Below are positions 51,649-60,505 of a DNA stretch of 64,000 nt, piece after piece. Made by a program: the position numbers and the translations under genes. The stretch comes from an uncultured Pseudomonadales bacterium. Lineage in GTDB: Bacteria > Pseudomonadota > Gammaproteobacteria > Pseudomonadales > UBA7434. Positions within the stretch are counted from its first letter, which is position 1. The number at the start of each line of letters is the position of its first letter. The notes below the pieces were generated by a model, which saw nothing but the letters and a program-made list of their open reading frames with translations, ran no database searches and was not told the origin of the DNA. Location: NCBI GenBank assembly GCA_943787705.1, contig CALSNL010000003.1, forward strand, positions 18,314 through 82,313, read 5' to 3'.

Positions 51649-52026
51649 CTAGCTGAGCTTCTGCTTAGCAGAGGGATTAGCCACTAATGCGGCAAGCGAC
51701 GCTTCAAAAGAAGCCGCATGGCCTGGGGGCATTTGCAAATAAAAACCGTCATCACGTAAAGCTGCCATTACGGTGTCTATATCAGCATTGGCAAGCTTAC
51801 GACTCGACTCTAACAATAGCGACATCGCTTCAGTCAGGTCGCCAAGTTTAGACAGTAACAAGCCAGGTACCGGCTCAAGACCTTGATCTAAAGTGGTATA
51901 AAGATAAGCGCCTTGCTGACGCTCACTGCGATAAACCTTACAAAGCACTTTATTATCTAAGCCATTTGAGCCGTTCAAGCCACCTTGATCATTACTCTCA
52001 TTACTCTCACTACTCTCTTGACTCAT
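51649..52026 (-). CDS. ycgL: YcgL domain protein
   Basis: 'CKVYRS....AYLY', 'RKLANAD' and 'GFYLQMPP'. Confidence 0.85.
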   Translation of the reverse strand: MSQESSESNESNDQGGLNGSNGLDNKVLCKVYRSERQQGAYLYTTLDQGLEPVPGLLLSKLGDLTEAMSLLLESSRKLANADIDTVMAALRDDGFYLQMPPGHAASFEASLAALVANPSAKQKLS

Positions 52027-53156
52027 GACTTTGAGGGCGCCTGATAAATCGACACAATGGGATCCAATACCGGCGTTAGAATACGCGCTCGCCAGCCCTG
52101 ACCTAGCAACTGTGATGCTGGATCACTGGCAAACAAGTAGGCTTCTAAATCGCGTCTACGACCGAGTAAGGCTTCAGGGATTTTTAAGTTTTTAGCCGCG
52201 TGATCAACCGCCTGCTTCATGGATTTAAGCGCCGTTCTCGCTTCAAGGTTACCCGTTGGCAGCATAGCTGGAGGATAATTATCGCTTTCAACCGCTTCGG
52301 CTGCGGCAATAGCGGCAAGCATCGCGTCGCCATGAGCGCGCACAGTGCCATAACGTATTTCTGAAATATCACTGAGTGCAGCTGCATTGTCTGGACGCTG
52401 ACGCGATAACTCTAACAATATGGCATCTGTCACTACACGGCTACGAGGCACATCTTCTGCTCGCGCCACTTCTTCACGCCATGCACACAATGAACGCAAG
52501 CTATTTAATGATTGCGCATCTAAACGCCATGCAGCTTTAATTTTTAAATAGTATTGATCAAAAGGAATTGGTTGCTCAGCGCGAGCAATTAAACCCTCAC
52601 ATTCTTCAGCCATCCAAGGCTCACGGCCTAAAACATTCAATTGCTCAACCAAATGATCATGAACATCTAACAACCATAGAACATCATCTGCTGCATAAGC
52701 TAACTGCTTATCGCTTAACGGCCGCTGCAACCAATCTGAGCGCGTCTCAGCTTTATCCAATTGTTTATCGAGTATCGACTCAACTAAACGTTGATAGCTC
52801 ATCGAAAAGTCCATACCAATAATGCTAGCCGCCACTTGGGTATCCATTAGTGGCTTAGGATAACAACCTAACATACGAGCAAAAACGTCCATATCTTCAC
52901 TGCAACTGTGCATAACTTTCACGGTTGTCGGTGAATTAAAGAGGGTTTTTAAAGGCTCAAAGTCATTAATCTTTAGCGGGTCAATTAAATAGATTTTTTG
53001 TCTATCGTAAATTTGCAGCAGCGCTGGTTTAGGGTAAAACGTATCGGTGCGTATAAACTCAGTATCCAAAGCAATAGCGGGCTGTTCAAGACAAGCTGTA
53101 ACCATTTCGACTAAAGCGCTATCGCTATCAATAAAAACAAAATCAGTATTATTCAA
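52023..53156 (-). CDS. rnd: Ribonuclease D
   Basis: '[15 protein letters not shown]', 'HSCSEDM', '[18 protein letters not shown]', an HRDC domain and 'GWR'. Confidence 0.93.
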   Translation of the reverse strand: MNNTDFVFIDSDSALVEMVTACLEQPAIALDTEFIRTDTFYPKPALLQIYDRQKIYLIDPLKINDFEPLKTLFNSPTTVKVMHSCSEDMDVFARMLGCYPKPLMDTQVAASIIGMDFSMSYQRLVESILDKQLDKAETRSDWLQRPLSDKQLAYAADDVLWLLDVHDHLVEQLNVLGREPWMAEECEGLIARAEQPIPFDQYYLKIKAAWRLDAQSLNSLRSLCAWREEVARAEDVPRSRVVTDAILLELSRQRPDNAAALSDISEIRYGTVRAHGDAMLAAIAAAEAVESDNYPPAMLPTGNLEARTALKSMKQAVDHAAKNLKIPEALLGRRRDLEAYLFASDPASQLLGQGWRARILTPVLDPIVSIYQAPSKS

Positions 53157-53748
53157 AATTTAATCTACCTGTTAATGCGCGCGCAATCGTACCACCGTCA
53201 ACAAACTCTAACTCACCACCCAACGGTACACCGTGCGCTATACGGCTAACGAGAATATCCTGCTTCGCTAGCTGATTAGCTATATAAAATGCCGTCGCTT
53301 CACCTTCGACGGTTGTACTTGTTGCTAAAATAACTTCTTTGACTGGCTCATCCGCAATGCGGCTCAACAAGTCTGTTATACCAATATCATCAGGACCAAC
53401 ACCATCTATCGGCGACAAATGCCCTAACAAAACAAAATAGCGACCCTTAAACTCAGCGCTTTGCTCTATCGCAAAAACATCTGTTGGGTTCTCTACAATG
53501 CATAAAATAGAATCATCACGACGTGTCGATAAACAAATACTGCATGTCGTATCTTCCGTCAGTATGCGACAACGACTACAGCGCCCTACTCGTTCAACGG
53601 CCTCTGCCAACACTTGTGACAGCTTCATGCCAGCCGCTCGCTGTTTCTCGAGCATATGCAACGCCATTCGCTGAGCCGACTTAGGACCTACGCCGGGCAA
53701 ACTGCAAAAAGAATCAATTAACTGCTGTATTAAAGGGCTATGTGACAA
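53149..53748 (-). CDS. recR: Recombination mediator RecR
   Basis: '[13 protein letters not shown]', C4 zinc finger, and Toprim '[26 protein letters not shown]'. Confidence 0.96.
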   Translation of the reverse strand: MSHSPLIQQLIDSFCSLPGVGPKSAQRMALHMLEKQRAAGMKLSQVLAEAVERVGRCSRCRILTEDTTCSICLSTRRDDSILCIVENPTDVFAIEQSAEFKGRYFVLLGHLSPIDGVGPDDIGITDLLSRIADEPVKEVILATSTTVEGEATAFYIANQLAKQDILVSRIAHGVPLGGELEFVDGGTIARALTGRLNFE

Positions 53749-53763
53749 TGTTCAAACCTATTT

Positions 53764-53816
53764 ATTTAAAACCATTCATTTAAAACTATTCACTTAAAAC
53801 TATTCATTTAAAACTA
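53764..53816. repeat. 14-bp tandem repeat x~4 between dnaX and recR
   Basis: ATTTAAAAC(C/T)ATTC repeated. The last unit includes the dnaX stop. Confidence 0.85.
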
Positions 53817-55763
53817 CAGCGAGCGAACGGTATCCGTATCGAGTTCGCCATCAAACGCATCGATAATCGACTTTACGTTATCGTCCCCCTGAATAGAGGC
53901 CAAGGCCTCACCTTGAACTTCTGCTTTTATACGCAGACGGTAATCGGCTGGCGTTTCTACATTGCCAGGCAAGGTTAAACTGGACCAATCTTCAACAATA
54001 TTAATTTTAATTGTGAGTGGCTTGCCATAATAAATCGATAAGCCCTTAGCTAATCTTGCTGGGTGCTCATCATTAAATAATGTCGCGTTATCATCGGCTA
54101 GCGCAAATACCACCTGGCCGCTTGCTCCCTCATCAGACGTCTCAATGGGTACGCAATAAGACGCCACGGTTCGTACAACACCACTTAAAGGTAAGGCAGC
54201 AAATATCTCACACCATGATAATGGCGTTAGCGTATCTAAAGCTGGGTTTGTACCCTCTTCGGAACCCTGACTGATGGCATTGACTGCTGAATCACCAACA
54301 TTGACAGTATCACCAACATTGACAGACTCACTAGCCATAGTAGCTTGAATATTTTCTGGCTGCGCTAATTCAACGGGTGCCACATACGCAGGTGTTGCAT
54401 CAAAATTATCACGCATAGATGCAGCGGGTGACGGTGCCGGCGGCGTAACACTCTGCGACGCCACTGCAACGGGCGCAGTTTCAACAGGTTCGTTTAACGT
54501 CGGCTCTGACAACTGAGCACTCGCTGCCGCTTGATGGTTTTCCGATACAGCATCCACCGATGCCGTTTGCTCGGCAGCGGTTTCAGCTAATAACTTTTTT
54601 GCGGGTGTAACCTCTTCACTCTGGCTTGAACTTGTCGTAACCGACTGAGCAGAGCTCTGCTCAAGCTGAATATCTGCAGGCGCAATACGAAAGGCAAACA
54701 AACGAAGTACTATCATTTCCATGCCCGTAATCGGGTCGGGTGCCAACGCCAAATCACGCTTGCCTACCAATAAACTCTGATAAAACAGCTGTAAATCTTC
54801 GGGGCTAATTAAACCGGCATAGTCATGAATAAAAGTACGGTAGAGCTGCCCTTCACTGCCCGCACCTGGCACAGCTTGTTCAACAGCAATACGATGAATC
54901 AATTTAAGTAGCTCATCAACTAAGCCAACAAAATCTGGTGCTCGTTCCGCATAGGCGCTAATAACCGCTAATGCTTTATCGGCATTACCCGCCACAATAG
55001 CCGCCAGTAATTGCGTCAGCACATCGTGATCAACCGTGCCCAGCATTTCATTAACCGCATCACCCATTACCGATCCGCCACCAAAGGCAATCGCTTGGTC
55101 GGCCAAACTCAAGGCATCGCGCATACTGCCGGAGGCTGCACGCGCAATTATCCAAAGACCATCTTCGTCATAGCTAACGCTTTCAGCTTCAAAGACGGTT
55201 TTTAAATGATCAACAATAAGTTGTGGCGTTAGATTTTTTAAATGGAACTGCAAACAACGCGACAATACCGTTGGCGGTAATTTTTGCGGATGCGTAGTTG
55301 CGAATAGGAATACAGCGTGCGGAGGTGGCTCTTCTAAGGTTTTCAACAAAGCATTAAAACTGTGGTTAGACAGCATATGCACTTCATCGATAAGGTATAT
55401 TTTATAACGACACTGTGAAGGGGCGTATTGAACATTGTCCAACAGCTCTCGAGTATCTTCAACTTTAGTCCGCGAGGCAGCATCCACCTCAATTAAATCG
55501 ACGCTTCGTCCTTCGGTAATCTCTTTGCAAGTGGGGCAAACACCACAAGGTGTAGCAGATACACCCTCATCACAATTAAGACAGCGGGCTAAAATTCGGG
55601 CGATGGTAGTCTTACCCACACCGCGCGTACCCGTAAGCAAATAAGCATGGTGCAAACGGCCCTGTTCCAGCGCATTCGATAACGCCTTAAGAACGTGGGA
55701 CTGCCCCACCATGGTTTCAAAGGATTGCGGACGCCATTTACGCGCCAGCACTTGATATGACAT
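53814..55763 (-). CDS. dnaX: DNA polymerase III subunits gamma/tau
   Basis: 'MSYQVLARKWRP', Walker A 'GTRGVGKT', 'IDEVHML' and 'SRC'. Start placed at ATG 55763. Confidence 0.96.
   Translation of the reverse strand: MSYQVLARKWRPQSFETMVGQSHVLKALSNALEQGRLHHAYLLTGTRGVGKTTIARILARCLNCDEGVSATPCGVCPTCKEITEGRSVDLIEVDAASRTKVEDTRELLDNVQYAPSQCRYKIYLIDEVHMLSNHSFNALLKTLEEPPPHAVFLFATTHPQKLPPTVLSRCLQFHLKNLTPQLIVDHLKTVFEAESVSYDEDGLWIIARAASGSMRDALSLADQAIAFGGGSVMGDAVNEMLGTVDHDVLTQLLAAIVAGNADKALAVISAYAERAPDFVGLVDELLKLIHRIAVEQAVPGAGSEGQLYRTFIHDYAGLISPEDLQLFYQSLLVGKRDLALAPDPITGMEMIVLRLFAFRIAPADIQLEQSSAQSVTTSSSQSEEVTPAKKLLAETAAEQTASVDAVSENHQAAASAQLSEPTLNEPVETAPVAVASQSVTPPAPSPAASMRDNFDATPAYVAPVELAQPENIQATMASESVNVGDTVNVGDSAVNAISQGSEEGTNPALDTLTPLSWCEIFAALPLSGVVRTVASYCVPIETSDEGASGQVVFALADDNATLFNDEHPARLAKGLSIYYGKPLTIKINIVEDWSSLTLPGNVETPADYRLRIKAEVQGEALASIQGDDNVKSIIDAFDGELDTDTVRSL
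54557..54614 (-). promoter_or_regulatory. dnaX programmed -1 ribosomal frameshift signal
   Basis: In-frame A_AAA_AAG at 54600-54594. SD-like GAGG 10 nt upstream. Downstream stem ACCG-c-TGCCG/CGGCA-t-CGGT. The -1 frame stops at TGA after three codons. Confidence 0.75.
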
Positions 55764-56042
55764 ATGTGTATCCAACTCGCTAAAAAATGAGCTACTCGAT
55801 CCTAGCCTATAGCTAAAATTTTGGGTAGCACATAAAGGCTGCAAGTATACACCGTTCGGGGCTTAAAGCGGAGCGTGAGGAAGACGCTTAACAAGCAAAT
55901 AAGACCCATTTAACGTGAAAGACACTGAAATAAAAGTAATAAACCGCAAAAAGGGCTAAGAGAGACGGCTAAAGAGACAACTAAAGCAAAGAAAAGGTGT
56001 GTCGACTAAGGAGTGATCAGAAAAGGGATAAAAGAGAGAAAT

Positions 56043-56160
56043 TGGTGGTGAACCCCAACCAGCCACACCCCGGCACACGAGTCGATAGCTACCGTTGCTC
56101 CCTTCCAGGCCTGGCGGAATTTACCATCTATCGTTGCGAGGGGACCCATTGAGGCCACCA
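56043..56160 (-). ncRNA. ffs: Signal recognition particle 4.5S RNA
   Basis: Minus strand reads GGGTCCCCTCGCAACG...CCGCCAGGCCTGGAAGGGAGCAACGG...GTGCCGGGGTGTGGCTGGTTGGGGTTC (SRP domain IV with GGAA tetraloop). Closing stem TGGTGG/CCACCA. Located upstream of dnaX. Confidence 0.93.
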
Positions 56161-56184
56161 TAACGTTCTGCTCATTTTGACGCA

Positions 56185-56221
56185 GGGCGCGGATTATGGC
56201 GAATGTCTTCTGAGCTTGCAA
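56185..56221 (-). promoter_or_regulatory. Sigma70 promoter of ffs with GC-rich discriminator
   Basis: -35 TTGCAA (56221-56216), 17-nt spacer, -10 CATAAT (56198-56193), then CCGCGCCC. Confidence 0.7.
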
Positions 56222-56338
56222 GTGGTGAAAGGACTGACTGATAAGATTTTACGAAATGGCGAGCAAACTAAGCACTAATGGCTAATACGGACAAAGCATG
56301 TGCGCTCGCAAACACGCACTTTACACACGCGCTAGACA

Positions 56339-56581
56339 TCAGTAGCGGCGAAGATCAATAAGCTTATTACTGGCATCGACGACCAAAGCAAACTGCCCTT
56401 GCACGCCATTATGCGTGACAAACGGCTTGAGCACCTCGGCGGGAAAGCGGACATTTTGCCCATCCAACGACCTAGCCACCACCTCGCGAGCACTGCCACG
56501 ATAAAGCTTTAACAGCTCTTCACTATCAATATTTAAACGAACAATAATGGTCCGATTTGGCTTCATCTCTGTTGATACCAT
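56339..56581 (-). CDS. DUF2835 family protein
   Basis: 'LKLYRGSAREV.ARS.DG..VRFPA..L.PFVT..GVQG.F'. Confidence 0.8.
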   Translation of the reverse strand: MVSTEMKPNRTIIVRLNIDSEELLKLYRGSAREVVARSLDGQNVRFPAEVLKPFVTHNGVQGQFALVVDASNKLIDLRRY

Positions 56582-56940
56582 TCAATAAGCCTCCTAACAG
56601 GCCGTCGATAAGACTCGGGAACTTTTAACGCTAAGATGGTCTTAATTCTTGGCGTTTTTTTTTGCACATTTTTTTGCACATTTTTTTGCAAAAACAGAGA
56701 GGTTCTATACAATATCCACCTTCGATATTCGCCGCCAGATTATAGTAAATGGCAATAACAACGACAATTATAATGATAATAATTTTTTAGTGGGTAAACG
56801 CCCGCTAATGCCTAAAAATATCAAGAAGACAAAAAACAGATTGAGCAGCGAAAATCAACAGCCATACAGATAGCGCATACAACTACCAACGGTTAGCACA
56901 AGCAACGGTTAGCACAAGAGACTATTACAGTAGAGACAAT

Positions 56941-57942
56941 ATGACAGCAGAAACAATTCACCCTATTCAACAACTGCGTACGCAATTATCAGCGAGTATT
57001 TTAGGCCAGCCAAAATTAGTTGACCGATTAATTATGGCGCTATTGGCCGATGGCCACCTGCTTGTAGAAGGCGCACCAGGGTTAGCAAAAACACGCGCCA
57101 TACGAAGCCTTGCCGATGAAATTCATGGCAGCTTTCAACGTATTCAATTTACCCCCGATTTATTGCCTGGCGATGTCACTGGCACCGATATTTTTAGGCC
57201 ACAAACGGGCGAGTTTGAATTCCAACCTGGCCCTATTTTTCATAATTTAGTATTGGCCGATGAAATTAATCGCGCACCGGCTAAAGTTCAAGCCGCACTA
57301 CTCGAAGCAATGGCCGAGCGACAAGTTAGCGTTGGCAAAACGACTTATACGCTTCCACCGCTATTTTTAGTAATGGCAACCCAAAACCCTATAGAGCAAG
57401 AAGGCACCTATCCTCTGCCCGAAGCGCAGCTTGATCGATTTTTACTGCATGTCGTTGTCGACTATCCCAATGCCGACGCTGAGCGCGCCATTTTAAAACT
57501 CGTCAGAAAAGAAATGATGGCAGTTAATGCTGCCGACAGTGAAGGCGGCGATAAAAACCAAGCGCCAAGCTCAAAAACGCTTATTGATAATGAAAGTATT
57601 TTTGAAGCACGACAAGCTGCACTCGGCCTCTTTATGTCTGAAGCCGTTGAAGAATATATTGTGCAGCTCGTTATCGCCACCCGCTCACCTGAGCAATACG
57701 ATGCATCACTGTCTAACCTACTCGACTACGGCGCCAGCCCAAGAGCAACATTGGCACTTGACCGCTGCGCACGCGCTAACGCTTGGTTACGCGGCTCAGA
57801 ATTTGTGACGCCCGATGACGTACAAGCGGTTGCTCACGATGTATTGCGCCATAGAATTATTGTTAGCTTTGAAGCCGAAGCCAACGGTATTAGTGCCGAC
57901 CAAGTAATCAGTACATTAATAGCGAAAGTACCGGTAAGCTAA
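56941..57942 (+). CDS. moxR: MoxR-family AAA+ ATPase of a Bat-type operon
   Basis: 'HLLVEGAPGLAKT', 'RIQFTPDLLP', 'LADEINRAPAKVQ' and 'ATQNPIEQEGTYPLPEAQLDRF'. Confidence 0.93.
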   Translation: MTAETIHPIQQLRTQLSASILGQPKLVDRLIMALLADGHLLVEGAPGLAKTRAIRSLADEIHGSFQRIQFTPDLLPGDVTGTDIFRPQTGEFEFQPGPIFHNLVLADEINRAPAKVQAALLEAMAERQVSVGKTTYTLPPLFLVMATQNPIEQEGTYPLPEAQLDRFLLHVVVDYPNADAERAILKLVRKEMMAVNAADSEGGDKNQAPSSKTLIDNESIFEARQAALGLFMSEAVEEYIVQLVIATRSPEQYDASLSNLLDYGASPRATLALDRCARANAWLRGSEFVTPDDVQAVAHDVLRHRIIVSFEAEANGISADQVISTLIAKVPVS

Positions 57943-57990
57943 GGCTTACTTTAAATCCTTTCAATCGATTTATGACACGATAATTAACTC

Positions 57991-58968
57991 ATGGCTAGCG
58001 GCGCTAAAACCCATCTAAAACAGCTAATTGACCTGCGTTATCGCGCGGGTGAGTTAAATCTGTTTGCGCGCCATAAAGCACAAAGTCAATTAGCCGGCAA
58101 TGTAAAAACGAGCTTTCGTGGCCGCGGCATAGACTTCGAAGAAATTCGTCACTACCAACCGGGTGATGATATTCGCTCTATCGACTGGCGTGTTACGGCT
58201 AGAACTGGCGAAGCACATACCAAACTTTATCAAGAAGAACGTGAACGCCCAGTACTGGTGGTGACGGACCAAAGACCCAGTATGATGTTTGGCACACAAT
58301 GCAGCTTTAAATCGGTACAAGCCGCAGAAGTCGCCAGCCTTCTTTGCTGGGCCGCATTAGGACAAAATGATCGTGTCGGCGGTTTGGTATTTAATGGCCA
58401 ACAACATCAAGAAATTCGACCTGCTCGTAGTAAATCAGCGGTACTGCAATTACTTAGCGCCATTCATAAATACAATACTAACGAATACAGTAAGCATCAA
58501 AACAGCCATAAGCCGAATGACGAAGCTGGCAGCATTAATGAAGTCATTAAAGAGCTGCGACGTATTGCTAAACCCGGTAGCGCTTTATTTATTATTAGTG
58601 ACTTTATCGGCCTCAATGAAGACGGCATTAAGCAGCTTCACCTGCTTAAAAAACACTGCGATGTTAACGCTATTTTTATTAGTGACCCCATGGAAAAACA
58701 ATTGCCCGCACGCGGCGGCTATCAGTTTACGGATGGCGTAAAACGTCAATGGTTTAACACCGACAATAAACAATTAGTGACTGCATTTAAGCAACGCTTT
58801 ACAGCAAGAGTGGCGCATCTCACACAGCAACTGGCCGCTCATGGCATACCTACTATAGCCATTAGTACTAACGATAACGCGTTAACCGTATTGCGCAGCC
58901 AATATCATAGCAAAGCAACGGCAGCCAACATTAACAGCAAGCTAACCGCGAAAGGCAACTCCGCATGA
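57991..58968 (+). CDS. DUF58 domain protein
   Basis: 'GRGIDFEEIRHYQPGDDIRSIDWRVTAR' and 'IISDF'. Confidence 0.92.
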   Translation: MASGAKTHLKQLIDLRYRAGELNLFARHKAQSQLAGNVKTSFRGRGIDFEEIRHYQPGDDIRSIDWRVTARTGEAHTKLYQEERERPVLVVTDQRPSMMFGTQCSFKSVQAAEVASLLCWAALGQNDRVGGLVFNGQQHQEIRPARSKSAVLQLLSAIHKYNTNEYSKHQNSHKPNDEAGSINEVIKELRRIAKPGSALFIISDFIGLNEDGIKQLHLLKKHCDVNAIFISDPMEKQLPARGGYQFTDGVKRQWFNTDNKQLVTAFKQRFTARVAHLTQQLAAHGIPTIAISTNDNALTVLRSQYHSKATAANINSKLTAKGNSA

Positions 58969-59477
58969 ACGAGCCAATGAATCCGCTCGACCAACTGCCT
59001 GCGGTGGCATTACCTGAAGCCATTAGCGCTTGGCCGGCGACAGCGGCTTGGTGGCTGCTTATCGCTATGAGCTTGTTGATTTTAATAGCGCTAATCTCTT
59101 ACTGCGTTTACCGCTATAAAGCTAAAGCCTTAAAACGTGCCGCCTTAACAGAAGGCCAACAGCTGTATCAACACTATTTGCTAGATCAAGATAGCCATCG
59201 TTATCTCACGCAGCACAATCAATTATTACGTCGCTTCTGCCTTCAACAATTCCCCGACCTGCCCTGCGCAGCCTTATCAGGAGACGCTTGGTTACAACAG
59301 CTAGACATACTCGCCAATAAAACCTTATATCAATCGGAATGCGGCAGACAGCTACTGGATATTTATCAGCCTCAGCTATCTGAAGACATTGATATAGCGG
59401 GCTTAAACACGCTATTAAATAACTGGTTTAAAGAATTGAAAATTTACGCTAAGCGAGGTGAATCAATAGCATCATGA
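58965..59477 (+). CDS. DUF4381 family membrane protein
   Basis: 'LPEAISAWP...WW', one TM helix and 'LSGDAWLQQLD'. Position within the MoxR-Bat operon. Confidence 0.8.
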   Translation: MNEPMNPLDQLPAVALPEAISAWPATAAWWLLIAMSLLILIALISYCVYRYKAKALKRAALTEGQQLYQHYLLDQDSHRYLTQHNQLLRRFCLQQFPDLPCAALSGDAWLQQLDILANKTLYQSECGRQLLDIYQPQLSEDIDIAGLNTLLNNWFKELKIYAKRGESIAS

Positions 59478-60505
59478 TTAGCTTCGAAACCTATTGGTTC
59501 TTTTTGCTCACGCCGTTGCCATGGTTAATTTATGCCTGGCTGCCCGCCGTGGGAGATCAATCACCCGCGTTGCGCGTGCCGTTTACCGATGACCTCGCAA
59601 GCCTTACGCAACAAACACAGCTAAGCAGCGGTAAATCACCCATTAATATATTGTTACTCACATTTATATGGCTTTGCCTTTTAGTGGCCGTTAATCGTCC
59701 CATAGCAACAGGAGACGCCATTCAGCTACCTACCGAAGCGCGCGATATGATGCTAGCCGTTGATATATCTGGCAGCATGGAAGAGCGAGATATGATGCTC
59801 AACGGCAAAAACGTTAGACGCATTGATACCGTTAAACACGTGTTAAGTGACTTTACCGACAGGCGAAGCGGTGATCGTATTGGCTTAATTTTATTTGCCG
59901 ATCAAGCTTACTTACAAGTACCACTCACTTATGATTTAGCCACCGTAAAACAATTACTCAACGAAGCACAACTGGGTTTCGCTGGACAAAAAACTGCCAT
60001 CGGCGATGCTATTGGTCTATCGATAAAGCGTTTAATTGAGCGGCCCAACGAATCGAGAACCTTAATACTACTAACCGATGGCGCAAACAATGCGGGCAAT
60101 GTTGCACCCTTAGATGCGGCGAAGTTAGCTGCAGAAAATGCTATTAAAATATATACCGTTGCCATTGGTGCCGATACTATTGTCGAACGCTCCTTTTTTG
60201 GTAACCGAACGCGCAACCCCTCCCGCGACCTTGATGAAACGACGCTCAAAAGTATTGCCAAACAAACAGGTGGTCAATTTTTTCGCGCCAAAAACACTGA
60301 AGACCTTCAAGGCATTTATAGTGAACTTGATAAACTCGAACCGGTTGATCAAGAAGCCCAATTTTATAGACCCATAAAACAACTTTTTTATATCCCATTA
60401 GGCATTGCGCTTGGCACAACGTTTTTGCTGCTATTGCTGAATATATTTATTCAATTGAAACGTAAGTTACTCGATAGCAAAGCGTTGAATGAGCAATCGC
60501 CATGA
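59474..60505 (+). CDS. batA: vWA domain protein BatA-like
   Basis: 'AVDISGSM', 'DRIGLILF', 'TAIGDAIG', 'ILLTDGANN' and 'LDE.TL..IA..TGG.FFRA'. Confidence 0.85.
   Translation: MISFETYWFFLLTPLPWLIYAWLPAVGDQSPALRVPFTDDLASLTQQTQLSSGKSPINILLLTFIWLCLLVAVNRPIATGDAIQLPTEARDMMLAVDISGSMEERDMMLNGKNVRRIDTVKHVLSDFTDRRSGDRIGLILFADQAYLQVPLTYDLATVKQLLNEAQLGFAGQKTAIGDAIGLSIKRLIERPNESRTLILLTDGANNAGNVAPLDAAKLAAENAIKIYTVAIGADTIVERSFFGNRTRNPSRDLDETTLKSIAKQTGGQFFRAKNTEDLQGIYSELDKLEPVDQEAQFYRPIKQLFYIPLGIALGTTFLLLLLNIFIQLKRKLLDSKALNEQSP

Noticed and set aside
55764-55844. N-terminal extension of DnaX in the ORF track
   Set aside because: The canonical start MSYQVLARKWRP begins at 55763.
56006-56221. 71-aa ORF
   Set aside because: It overlaps the SRP RNA and its promoter.
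56649-56873. Small intergenic ORFs (also 40773-40961 and 19441-19647)
   Set aside because: They are low-complexity or promoter-region sequence with no motif or convincing RBS, so they cannot be supported.
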